A stretch of 63,558 nt of DNA, the filler included, from Octopus bimaculoides (Eukaryota), in assembly GCF_001194135.2 (NCBI RefSeq). It is 6 parts of 6 records of this genome, joined end to end, with 100 filler letters (N's around TTAATTAATTAA, not from the genome) between each part and the next. Parts side by side here need not be neighbours in the genome. Positions count along the whole stretch, not along the records: positions 41,471 to 62,388 come from NC_068990.1; positions 62,489 to 63,558 come from NC_068997.1; 4 more parts are not named here. One strand, 5' to 3'. The translations under genes were made by a program, and so were the position numbers. The notes under the pieces are model-generated. The model was given only the letters and a program-made list of their open reading frames with translations, was not told where the DNA came from and made no database searches. Shown here in pieces: positions 51,969-63,558 of the stretch (position 1 is the first letter of the stretch; each line of letters starts with the position of its first letter).

Positions 51969-52125
51969 CCCCATCTCCTATACATATTCATTTATATGAC
52001 ATTAAGATAGTTTCATCCGGATTTGACTGCGTTAAGTAAGACTTGGTTCCGAGTTCGTGCGAAGTTCTTGCTTTATGTCCGCATTTCTTGCGTGTCGTGT
52101 TCGTGTTCTTTTTCAGTTGATCAGC

Positions 52126-52168
<43 letters not shown>

Positions 52169-52334
52169 AGAGAGACTTAGAGGAGAGAGAAGGAGCGAGA
52201 GAGAGATAGTGGTGGAGAAAGAATTTCAATAACTGCTCGTGTCTCTGTACTCATGATATTTTGTCTATTGGCTATATGTGCGTGCCAGATATATCTGTGA
52301 GGCAGTTACACAAACATCTGATTGCTTTATGTAT

Positions 52335-52396
<62 letters not shown>

Positions 52397-52609
52397 GTGT
52401 GTGTGCAGATGTACAGTCGAGAGTGCATGTGTTGTGTGCGAAAGAAGACATTGTTTTCTAGAAACGAACATCGATATAGTATTTTATGATGAACACATAT
52501 AATGTATGCACCTGGTTGTCTGTCTGTCTGTCATCTTCCTCTTTCTCTCTCTCTCTGTGAATATATGTATACACACGCACACACACACTTACTCACACAC
52601 CTATTCCAA

Positions 52610-52651
<42 letters not shown>

Positions 52652-53189
52652 GGGTAGGTGGATGTAGATATTGTGTATTTTTATATTCGTATACTGGTAG
52701 GTAGGTCGGTAGACGGGTGGGTAGGAGGATCACTCTATAGACAACAGTTTGATCTTTAAAAGATTCTATAGATTTCGGCAAAGAATAGTAAATTAGGCAT
52801 CTCGTGTTGATACAAAACAGGTTCGATTCCAACGTGCGTGTAAGGTTTTTATATTCTTCAAGGTTTGACAAAGAGTAAGATTGTGATATGTATGCTTGTA
52901 CGTGTGTATATGTATGTATGTATTTAATCATTTAAAATCTTCCTCTGAAGAAGGAGCTGGTTTCTGACAAAGCTCCATCGTTGGAATGTAGATAACGAAA
53001 ACATTGTCACATTTTAAATCTGAGAAAAGTCTTTACTGTCCCGGTTATAGATTGTATTTTTGATGTGCGAATCAGTTGGTTGATTTCTTTTTCTAGAAAT
53101 CCAACCTTATCTAGACTTACAGTAATTACAAAACCAAGTGCTCCAAATATTATTGATATGAATTTGTAACCATTTGTAATCCGGATAAA

Positions 53190-53570
53190 GAAGCTGGAGG
53201 TTTAGAAGTAGCTATCGTCTTTCCCTTTGGTTTTCAAAGAGATGTTCACATCAGCAGGACAGCTGACCTCTAAGACGGTACGTACTTTTTCTTGTTTGTC
53301 CCAAATAACGATATCCGGCCTGTTATGCTTACACTTGACAGCTGTTTTGATGGGAATGTTCCACCAGTATTTCTTGTGCTGGTATTTGTGTACGCTTTCA
53401 ATATCAGAGAGATTCTCTATATTTATTTCAAGACAGTCATTTTTCCGAATGGCATTGTATATTGTTTTTACTATAACGTCATATCGCATAGGTAGGTAGT
53501 ACCTTGATGACATTTTTGGAGGTAGTACCTTAATGACATTTTTGGGCAGCTGCTAATCACATGTGTGATG
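53190..53570 (-). pseudogene. R4/Dong-clade restriction-like endonuclease fragment
   Basis: YLPMRYDVIVKTI...YWWNIPIKT....HNRPDIVIWDK.....LEVSCPADVNI; 26-bp tandem duplication at 53494-53545. Confidence 0.85.
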
Positions 53571-53983
53571 TCTTCCTCAGGAATATGATATTGATATTGA
53601 TATCAGCGAAAAAAACAACAAAAAAAGCGGCGTTTTGCATAGACTACAAGCACTGTAAGTTATGTGCATGCAATGAAAGCACTCATCCCGCATATGCTAA
53701 TTCTTTTGTGTGCCCCCAGTAAAGAGGAAGTGTATTCATGCATATATATGTATGCCTATATATATATACATGTGTATGTATATATATACATCTATGTATT
53801 GACATATGTGTATGTGCACATGCACATGAAACCGTACATGTATGACCTTATTCTATGCTGAATTACTTTTTGAATGTTTTCCATGTTTTGACTGTAGCTT
53901 CTATCTAATCTGATTAAGTGCTTTTTCCGGTTTTGTGAAGTCTAGATTCTCAAGAATGAGGTATGTATGTATGTATGTATGTA

Positions 53984-54059
<76 letters not shown>

Positions 54060-54131
54060 GTATGTTAGGTCGCTCGCGAGCGCTACAAGTAACACATGGC
54101 TGAATGCAATTTGTTGCATGGTCGGGTCGTC

Positions 54132-54357
54132 GGCGGTGAAACTGGAAACCCTGCGTGACTTGTAGCATTAGCGGCATTTCGTCCGTCTTTACGTTCTGAG
54201 TTCAAATTCTGCTGTGGCCGACTTTCCCTTTCATCCTTTCGGGGTCGATAAATTAAGTACCAGTGAAACACTGGAGGTCGATGTAATCGACTCGTCCCCT
54301 CCCCTCAAAAATTTCAGGCCTTGTGCCTATGGTAGAAAAGATTCTTCTTATTATTAT
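54132..54357 (+). mobile_element. SINE family B, CpGs retained, (TTA)n tail
   Basis: gcggcatttcgtccgtctttacgttctgagttcaaattc...ttcggggtcgataaattaagtaccag. Confidence 0.88.
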
Positions 54358-55074
54358 TGCAGTCAACAACTCAGACATGTACACACCTATTCATGTATAC
54401 AAATCTTGTATTTAAGCGAATATTGAAACCTTCCCCTCTCCCCTAACATACACACCCTCTTCTTTTCATTATCTCCTGAACAAAAAACATCCCCAATTTA
54501 ACACCTTTACCAACATGACTAGTAATGTTCAGGTTTGTATTTAAGCTTTGTCACCTGTTCATTTAAATTTCCTGTTCGGCGCTGACCCCCTCCTCACAAT
54601 CACCCACCCCCACATTTGCATTTCGTAGCGGATTAGATGTTGTCTTCTGTCTGTCAGCTGAGACTCGCTGAAATCAAAACACAAACTTCCGGCCAACACT
54701 TCGAGTGTAATCACGAGAGCGAATTACTTAGGTAGGTGGGGGAGGGGTGTGTGTGATTTATACATCGGTGTATGTAAGCGTGTGTATATGTATGCGTATG
54801 AATGTTAATGCATTTATGTTAGTGTGCTTATGTGTGTTTTGTGCTTTGGTTCGTGTTTGTGTATGAATTTGCGAATATGTATTGGATGCTATCTTCGAAT
54901 GTGCTTTTTCTCTTTCTGAATAGACATGGACATATATACGCGCGCACATAGGTCTTGATCGTTCACCAGCCCTGGTAGCAAGGTTGTGAAGGAAAGAATC
55001 TTGTTTTGTTCATCGTGATCATCTGTATGTATGCGTGCATGTATGTATATATGTATATATATATATATATGTGT

Positions 55075-55320
55075 CATTGTCCCAAAACTGATCAACGAGG
55101 AAAAGGATCCTATCACCTTTAAACGGAGTCTGGACAGATTTCTTCAACGAATACCAGACAAGCCACCCATATCTGGATACAACTCGCTCAACAAGAACTC
55201 ACCACTTGAATGGACCAGAAACAAAACTTGACTTTAAAAGGATTTTGATAATCCTATCAGGTGGTGCTATTAAGTTAGACATGGCCTGGACCTATCTTTG
55301 GTCGAAACATATCTAAGTTT
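55075..55320 (+). mobile_element. CR1/L2-like LINE 3' end
   Basis: PKLINEEKDPITFKRSLDRFLQRIPDKP..GYNSLNKNS, followed by a short UTR stem-loop. Confidence 0.7.
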
Positions 55321-55868
55321 TTATCGGAGTTCTAAGTTATATNNNNNNNNNNNNNNNNNNNNNNNNNNNNNNNNNNNNNNNNNNNNNNNNNNNNNNNNNN
55401 NNNNNNNNNNNNNNNNNNNNNNNNNNNNNNNNNNNNNNNNNNNNNNNNNNNNNNNNNNNNNNNNNNNNNNNNNNNNNNNNNNNNNNNNNNNNNNNNNNNN
55501 NNNNNNNNNNNNNNNNNNNNNNNNNNNNNNNNNNNNNNNNNNNNNNNNNNNNNNNNNNNNNNNNNNNNNNNNNNNNNNNNNNNNNNNNNNNNNNNNNNNN
55601 NNNNNNNNNNNNNNNNNNNNNNNNNNNNNNNNNNNNNNNNNNNNNNNNNNNNNNNNNNNNNNNNNNNNNNNNNNNNNNNNNNNNNNNNNNNNNNNNNNNN
55701 NNNNNNNNNNNNNNNNNNNNNNNNNNNNNNNNNNNNNNNNNNNNNNNNNNNNNNNNNNNNNNNNNNNNNNNNNNNNNNNNNNNNNNNNNNNNNNNNNNNN
55801 NNNNNNNNNNNNNNNNNNNNNNNNNNNNNNNNNNNNNNNNNNNNNNNNNNNNNNNNNNNNNNNNNNNN

Positions 55869-55903
<35 letters not shown>

Positions 55904-57449
55904 GTGTGGTGGGTGTATTTTAGCGAGTGGGCGAATTATTGGAATTTCCCAAGGTTATTCAACAATGGGCAAAGTGAAAATCACATTGATCTAGAATTTT
56001 GGAAACGACAAGTCGGAAGCTTAGCTGCAAGCTATTTAACGCAGAGAACACAATAGTATTAATTAGGAATATAACCCACTTTCAATGGAAATAGAGACCG
56101 CCATTATCTATAAAGATGTCCGTTTCTTATATAGACACACGTTTGTTGTGCAGAGGAATGAGATTATGTGACGTTCATGCCTTTCTCATAATACAATCAA
56201 CACTAAAGAAGTGAATGGGTTTTACTTAACTGGTGATTTTGTCCCACCCACGTCTGTCTTGAAATCCCTCCGAACTGCCCTGCTATTCAAACTTCAACCA
56301 TTTCTCATCTTTTGTGAGATTTGCTCCATCGGAACATGATCATGGCTCCCGAATTAATCCGGGCCAGCAACAGAGCCTCTGTGTTGTCATTCGACTTGCT
56401 AGAAATAGCCGACAAATTTCTCCCTTAAATCACACCCTACTTTAAATAATGTAGTTGTAGATCTCGCCCCCCCCCCACCCCCAAAAAAAACCGGAATGTT
56501 CGCGGTAGAAATGCTTCTGATCAGATTTTTCTCGAACAGTGTTGACCTAGGGCTAAAGAACAGGTTATATGAATGTTAATGGCTTACATTTTTTTCTTAC
56601 TTCCTCTATAACGACCATTTCGTTGATACCGCTGATCAGATAGATCCCTATGCTGCACCTTTTACTCCTACCTAACTTACTGCATCCAGTCCCCATCCAC
56701 ACACAACCTCCACACTTCCCAACAGACATGTCTATAACCTCAATAAACGGAGGCCTTGCAAACATCCTACGTTGACGACTCGATTACCAAGTCTTTCGTT
56801 CAAAAGTGAAAATGCAAGAGCATATATCAATGAAACCAACTCCACCCTAAATATGAATGAATAAAACACAACGGAAACCGCAACACACCTCACAAACGCT
56901 AGAATTTGACTTATGTGGCCAAAATTGAATCTGAATATATGACACCCACGTATTTCTACGGGTTCATTTTCCTCTCCAAATGAAAGAAATTCTGCACGCT
57001 TCATAGTTGTAGTCTCCTACTTTAGTCTTCTGCCTTTAACAAAACAGTGATTAAAAATAAAAGGAAAAAACGTTTACTATGCCAATACTGCTAATCACTT
57101 TTTTAATTAATGTACGAGGGGAATTATACATAGTGTACAAATACATAGACGCATAAATGCATACATATAAACTACAAAATACTTACACACACACACACAT
57201 CAAATACAAATAACAAAAAGCAACAAAAGTCTAAGGGACGTTAACAGAAAATACTTTTTGGTTGACGCCCAAGGAGGGGAAAAAGTTATAGAGTAATGTA
57301 ATGGTATAATATAGTCCTCCGTTGAATAATAGTGGTAAGTCTGAGAAAGACAAGGAAGAGAAGAGAAAACGAACGTGGGTCCAGGTTCACATGTTCNNNN
57401 NNNNNNTGTTAAGAACGTAGTATTGAACTCAACCACCCTCAGATTCCAC

Positions 57450-57790
57450 CCTCTGCTATCCAGTAGTAGTATTATACTTACTTCCAGGTTTGCGTTTGGG
57501 CTTCTGTAGTCTGTGAGTACAGTTGGACATTTATTTGCAATCACTACAATTGTTTCTACGCAGTGTGGTTTTTCCAGGCCTGCAGGGACTTGGTTATGGG
57601 ACCCTTTCCCTGCATTATGAGATGTAGTTGTGTTTCCTCAGGTGATATATAAATATTGTCTCCGTAAATTCAAATTCTCGGCTTCAAGAGTAGCCTCTCT
57701 GTCTGTTGTGGCCTGGGGTTAGCGGTAGTCACTAACTGTATCAAGAGATGTGTTGCGGCTGAATGCTTTGAATGTATGGATGTAGTGGGA
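57450..57790 (-). pseudogene. Possible LINE apurinic-endonuclease remnant
   Basis: Weak similarity only (CVETIVV...TVLTDYRSPNA resembles the T.YRPP motif). Confidence 0.3.
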
Positions 57791-57802
57791 TGGCGATTTT
57801 GC

Positions 57803-57845
<43 letters not shown>

Positions 57846-58029
57846 NNNNNNNNNNATATATATATAAAGAATATGAGGGATTTAATTCACTTGTGATCTA
57901 AACGAATAGGTACGCTAGGTAAGTGTTAGGGTTGGTCGACCGTTAGGTTCCAAGATCACAGCTAAGGCTGGATCTGGGGATCCGTATTAGGGTTCAGTTA
58001 TAGAAGGTATATATTATATTGGAGGAAAA

Positions 58030-59128
58030 ATCAAAACCAAAGCAGAACCAGATATTGTGACAGTTGGAAAGGATGTAGAATTTGATGAAGTTGTAGAGGA
58101 TGATGTGATTGAGTTGCTAGTTTCCCAGAGAGAAAGTTTATTGAACGATGAGTTGATGCTGTGATAAAAAGAACAAACTGAGAATACAGATGAGACAATG
58201 GAAGTCCCACCTACATCACTTAAATTGACTGCAAAAATTATTGTTAGAGGGTTGGAACTTATAGAGGAAGGTCAGCAGGTTTTTGTTGATAATGTTCCTA
58301 ATTGTGATCGTAACATAAAAATTACAAGAGGAGTTTACAATGAACTCAATTCCTAGACAGAGCTGTACAGAGAGACGATGCATCATAAACAGCAAACAAC
58401 TTTGGATAAGTTCTTCATCCCTCAAGCTGATGTTGGTGATAATGAACCATAAGATATTGTCCCTCATCCCCTAGTAACGCTCATTCCACCACCACCACCA
58501 CCACCACNNNNNNNNNNNNNNNNNNNNNNNNNNNNNNNNNNNNNNNNNNNNNNNNNNNNNNNNNNNNNNNNNNNNNNNNNNNNNNNNNNNNNNNNNNNNN
58601 NNNNNNNNNNNNNNNNNNNNNNNNNNNNNNNNNNNNNNNNNNNNNNNNNNNNNNNNNNNNNNNNNNNNNNNNNNNNNNNNNNNNNNNNNNNNNNNNNNNN
58701 NNNNNNNNNNNNNNNNNNNNNNNNNNNNNNNNNNNNNNNNNNNNNNNNNNNNNNNNNNNNNNNNNNNNNNNNNNNNNNNNNNNNNNNNNNNNNNNNNNNN
58801 NNNNNNNNNNNNNNNNNNNNNNNNNNNNNNNNNNNNNNNNNNNNNNNNNNNNNNNNNNNNNNNNNNNNNNNNNNNNNNNNNNNNNNNNNNNNNNNNNNNN
58901 NNNNNNNNNNNNNNNNNNNNNNNNNNNNNNNNNNNNNNNNNNNNNNNNNNNNNNNNNNNCTTCTTCTCCATTGCTTTCTTGTGCTTTTTTCTTTTCATAA
59001 AAGTCCAAAAGAATGCAATCTCACTTGATAATATGAAAATCAATAGAAATATTAAATTCGCATTACGGAATTTTGCATTGCGACCACATTTTCAGGAATG
59101 CATTACTTCTACAAAGCAAGGGATTCCT

Positions 59129-59129
<1 letters not shown>
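58030..59129 (+). mobile_element. Tigger/pogo-like DNA transposon: C-terminal transposase remnant and right end
   Basis: IVTVGKDVEFDEVVEDDVIELLVSQRESLLNDEL...DNVPNCDRNIKITRGV...ELYRE...QTTLDKFF; terminus caggaatgcattac...gggattCCTG|TA. Confidence 0.8.
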
Positions 59130-59191
<62 letters not shown>

Positions 59192-60319
59192 AGTTTATAT
59201 GTGTGTGTGTGTGAAAGTGTTAATAGTATTCCTTTTTGTTGTGCTTGTTGTGCTTGTCACGAGTGTTGAATCTCAAACCAGATAAGGTTAGGAGCACAAG
59301 ATATGAGAAATACAAAGCTTATATTTGCGTATCTGGCCGACTGTGTGTGTGTGTTTGCGTGTGTGTGTGTGTCTGTGTGTGTGAGTGTGTGTGTATGAGT
59401 GTGTGTGTGTATGAGTGTGTGTGTATGAGTACACATTGGTGTTTCCTGACAAATTTGTGCACATACAGTATAACAAATTTTGACTCTTTCCGTCACACAC
59501 ACACACACACACACACGTAGATTTTCTTACATGACCCATATCTTTAATACAATTCCTACTCCCCTACCCATCTATCCACTTACTAACCTACCTGCCCACC
59601 GAACTCAAGACCCAATCAGCGACTTCTCTCATTGACAATGGTGAAATCCAGGTGTCCTTTCAAACCTGTCGTTCATTCATGTCGTGACTCATTCAGCTTC
59701 GAGACAATAAATGCGCTCGCGCACGCTCGCACGCACACACACACACACACACACACACNNNNNNNNNNNNNNNNNNNNNNNNNNNNNNNNNNNNNNNNNN
59801 NNNNNNNNNNNNNNNNNNNNNNNNNNNNNNNNNNNNNNNNNNNNNNNNNNNNNNNNNNNNNNNNNNNNNNNNNNNNNNNNNNNNNNNNNNNNNNNNNNNN
59901 NNNNNNNNNNNNNNNNNNNNNNNNNNNNNNNNNNNNNNNNNNNNNNNNNNNNNNNNNNNNNNNNNNNNNNNNNNNNNNNNNNNNNNNNNNNNNNNNNNNN
60001 NNNNNNNNNNNNNNNNNNNNNNNNNNNNNNNNNNNNNNNNNNNNNNNNNNNNNNNNNNNNNNNNNNNNNNNNNNNNNNNNNNNNNNNNNNNNNNNNNNNN
60101 NNNNNNNNNNNNNNNNNNNNNNNNNNNNNNNNNNNNNNNNNNNNNNNNNNNNNNNNNNNNNNNNNNNNNNNNNNATATATATATATATATATATATACTT
60201 ATACATTTACTAGCTTCAGCCAGAGGTTGGGGCCATGTTGGAGAACCGCCGTTAGTGTGATTACTAGTTTCATTTCACTTCTACGGCCCTCACCCCACGT
60301 CAGAATTCTGGTGAACGAG

Positions 60320-60510
60320 TGAGCTGGACAACGCTGCCCTTATTTGCGTTTCTTAGCCTGGGTTCATCAGATATCTTGGATAAAAATTTGTCTAAGTGTT
60401 TTTGAATACATCTGTATCTACGTCTTTTGGCAAGGCACTGAAAAGTTACAGGCCCTTGGGCCCAAGGTTGATACCGTATTGGGTCATTACTGTAGATATA
60501 GAGAGTGGGG
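60320..60510 (-). mobile_element. CR1/L2-like LINE 3' fragment abutting the mariner
   Basis: GPKGL*LFSALPK..., LDKFLSKISDEP on the minus strand. Confidence 0.6.
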
Positions 60511-60516
60511 CTTTTA

Positions 60517-61821
60517 TTAGGTTGTCAAGAAAGTTCTTGCGGAATTTTTAATTTTGGTATTGAATGATGTATTTTCAAATTAATTTTAGTTAAATTACTT
60601 TGACTTTATATATCATTTTAAAGCCCGTTTTTCGCTCTATATAATCGTATTACTCTTTTTCTTTTTGAATAATTAGGTCATTTCGTTCGGAACGTTGAAT
60701 ACAACATGGACAAAAAGCAAATTCGCACAATTTTCTTATTCCAGTTCAAGATAAGCCGAAAAGCTGCTGAAACAGCTCGCGATATCAACGATGCGTTTGG
60801 CCCAGGAACCACTAATGAACGTACAGCACAATGGTGGTTCAAGAAATTTCGTAGCGGTGACGAGAGTCTTGAAGATGATAAGCGTAGTGGTCGGCCATCG
60901 GATGTTGATAACGATCAACTAAGAGCCTTAGTAGAAACCAATCCACGCACGATTGTTAACTTTTCACAACTGTTCGAGAGTTTGCTTCTGAATTAGACGT
61001 AACGTGTACGACAATTTCCAACACCTTGAAAGATATTGGAAAAACAAAAATACTTGAGAAATGGGTGCCGCACGAATTGAACGACGACCAAAAAGAAAAA
61101 CGCCGTTTTGAAGTGTCGTCTTCCCTTCTTTTACGCAACAAGAACAACCCCTTTCTCGACCGGATTGTGACTTGCGATGAAAAGTGGATACTTTACGACA
61201 ACCAGCGACGCTCAGCTCAGTGGTTGGACGCCGACGAAGCTGCACGGCACTTCCCGAAGCCAAAGTTGCACCAAAAGAAGGTCATGGTGACTGTTTGGTG
61301 TTCTACGGCCGGTCTCATCCACCACAGCTTTTTGGATCCAGGCGAAACCATTACAGTGGAGAAGTACTGTCAGCAAATGGATGAAATGCATAAGAAACTC
61401 TGACAACAACAGCCAGCATTGGTCAATAGAAAAGGACCAATTCTTCTCCACGATAACGCTCGGCTGCACGTCGTACAACTGACCCTGCACTAGTTGAACG
61501 AATTGGGCTACGAAACTCTGCCTCATCCGCCATACTCACCAGACCTCTCGCCTACCGACTACCACTTTTTCAAGCATCTCGACAACTTCCTGCGTGAGAA
61601 ATGCTTCAAAACCAAGATGATGCCGGACACGCCTTCAACGACTTCATCGCAACCAGAACGCAGGAATTTTACGCTACTGTTGTAAGTGAACTTGTTTTGC
61701 GTTGGCAAAAGTGTGTTGATTCTGATGGTGTTTATGTCGATTATTAAAGTTTTGTTTGAGCCGAGATATGTGCCTCTGAATTCAAAGGTTGAAAACCGGA
61801 AGAACTTTCGTGACAACCTAA
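60517..61821 (+). mobile_element. Full-length (1305 bp) mariner, Hsmar1/cecropia-like, with TIRs and TA target-site duplication
   Basis: TA|TTAGGTTGTCAAGAAAGTTCTTGCGG ... CCGGAAGAACTTTCGTGACAACCTAA|TA. Confidence 0.95.
60706..61747 (+). pseudogene. DD34D mariner transposase pseudogene
   Basis: MDKKQIRTIF HTH, WVPHEL, TCDEKW, LHDNAR, YSPDLSPTDYH (34 residues between D2 and D3); at least two frameshifts and two in-frame stops. Confidence 0.95.
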
Positions 61822-62121
61822 TAAAGCCGTGAATAACTCCCAGTTCGGGGGTTTCTATGGCTTTCAATAACATAGTTTTAGGGGATTAGGGACGACGACA
61901 TTTTATTTCCTTTACAAGCAAATTAACATCTCTGTATTTGTGTGTGTGTTCGCACTTGCTGTGTCCATTCAGTTGAACCCAATATGGTTGTACGTGTTTA
62001 TTTGTTTCATTTATTTCTAAAGATGTTTGTAAAACTCCAAAATACTTAATAAACTTTTTCGTAAACGTAATTTCAGTCGCACATCCAATATGACCTTCAA
62101 TAGATATTTACATAGAAACAT

Positions 62122-62193
<72 letters not shown>

Positions 62194-62388
62194 ACACTCA
62201 AGCGCGATTGAACACAATACAATGTATATACGAAGTGTCTATATATATATATATACATACGCACATACGCATACGTACATACATACATACATATGTTTTA
62301 CTCGCGAACCACTCTCTAAAACACAAATCACGCAAATTATCTTCCATAGATATTGACGTACAGTGTACAAGCTTGACATATTAACCAG

Positions 62389-62488
62389 NNNNNNNNNNNN
62401 NNNNNNNNNNNNNNNNNNNNNNNNNNNNNNNNTTAATTAATTAANNNNNNNNNNNNNNNNNNNNNNNNNNNNNNNNNNNNNNNNNNNN
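62389..62488. other. Artificial scaffold-join linker
   Basis: 44 N + TTAATTAATTAA + 44 N. Confidence 0.95.
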
Positions 62489-62742
62489 TATAAGTTAGTA
62501 CATATATATAAGTTAGCACGTCAATTAGTATCTATATATAAGTTAGTATATATATATATATATAATATTTTGAGGTTATGCATTGGCTATAAAGAGAACG
62601 GCAGTGTGAACTCTCCAGTGCCGCTGCAACGGACGCTGCGTGTGGACGTACGTGTGTTAAGTTTTCTGCTTTGTACCTTGACTTTAGGTTCTTGTATTAA
62701 AATTAATGATCGTGTTAAATTTAGTGTTGTTTACATTTAGAG

Positions 62743-63303
62743 ATGACTCATAAGCCATTAATGCTCAATATTTGGTACTCCACGTGATCTTAACGTGCGA
62801 GGTTTGCCAACTTACAAGGACGTACTAAAATGTGTTTTATTTGAACGAGAAAATGAAAAGAATGTAGTTAAGAACGATCCTTCAATTTAACAAATTGTCA
62901 AGATTGTAGCAGAAAGATAATTCTTCTTTGGCAAAAGGGATCCATCCCTTACGATTGAGTCAGTTAAACCGAAAATCTTAAACCTTTATCCAAAGTACCA
63001 AGCATTACTAAATTCTCTGAAAAAAAGAAAAAATGTGCTATCTTTTCAAACAAAGTGTAATATGTTTAAAACAATGCAACAAATGATTTATTTGACATTT
63101 CTTGTTGCAAGTGCAACGCTTTTAAAAGCTGCAGTTGTAGAGACAAAAAAGTATCACAGAGAGAACAAAATCTTTTACAGGATCAACGGACAAACCGAAA
63201 AATGATCATTGGCAGAAAAGATCAAACAGTATGTAAACAGAACGTTCAGAGGTTGATAAGAAAGAATCGGCCAGATCACAGTCACCCTTCTACGTCAGCA
63301 AAG
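62743..63303 (+). pseudogene. Decayed DNA-transposase N-terminal exon, recalled as hATm-like
   Basis: CSIFGTPRDL...LPTYKDVL, IILLWQKGSIP, LFDISCCKC....CSC...KV...E..LLQDQRTNRKMIIG; acceptor tttacatttAG before the ATG and donor AAG|GTAAGT after. Superfamily assignment is from memory. Confidence 0.55.
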
Positions 63304-63558
63304 GTAAGTCTAAGATTTTCGGTTTCACTGACTTAATCGTAACACAAGGGGTGGATGCCTTTTGCCAAAGAAGAATTATCTCTTCTGCTACAATCTTGAC
63401 AATTTGTTTAATTAATTTTAATGTGAGTGTAATCTAGATCTCATGTAACACATATATTCGGCGACCTAGTATTAAAAATAATAAAGAAAATGAAGTCGAA
63501 AAGTCTATTTATTTCACATAATTTCGAATTTCAAGTACATTGCGGAGCTTAAAGATAT

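Noticed and set aside
55280-55315. GACC-loop-GGTC-GAAAC hammerhead-like motif
   Set aside because: The CUGANGA core is absent; it is better explained as a LINE 3' UTR stem-loop.
54685-59691. Isolated ETS (54685), CCAAT (59612) and AP-1 (59685) motifs
   Set aside because: Short motifs are expected by chance, with no linked gene or CpG island.
5700-62356. Long ORFs rich in X, YI, CV, TH, SL, poly-L/T/N/E
   Set aside because: They are translations of N-gaps and microsatellites, with no coding evidence.

Overview
Eukaryotic, repeat-dense draft-assembly sequence. The repeat families look like Octopus (coleoid cephalopod); this is recognition from memory, not a database hit. I found no intact protein-coding gene, tRNA/rRNA gene or CRISPR array, and almost all long ORFs in the track are artefacts of microsatellites or N-gaps. 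Five identical 100-bp linkers (44 N + TTAATTAATTAA + 44 N) show the window is six joined scaffolds: 1-19438, 19539-32171, 32272-39531, 39632-41370, 41471-62388 and 62489-63558. Content: many copies of three tRNA-type SINE families and one SINE/LINE-tail family with a (GAT)n tail; decayed RTE, R4/Dong, CR1-like and Penelope-like retroelement fragments; a Tc1 pseudo-transposase with DD36E spacing; a full-length 1305-bp DD34D mariner with TIRs; and remnants of two other Tc1/mariner elements, a Tigger/pogo and a probable hAT-type element. The most notable points are (1) a degenerate minimal hammerhead ribozyme motif in a Penelope-like terminus, (2) CpG decay of SINE copies in the first scaffold but not later ones, with weak minus-strand exon candidates suggesting a methylated gene body, (3) the DD36E Tc1 element, and (4) several hairpin-bearing repeats. 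I did not find convincing evidence of a new biological system. Repeat boundaries are approximate (tens of bp) unless TIR/TSD positions are given.
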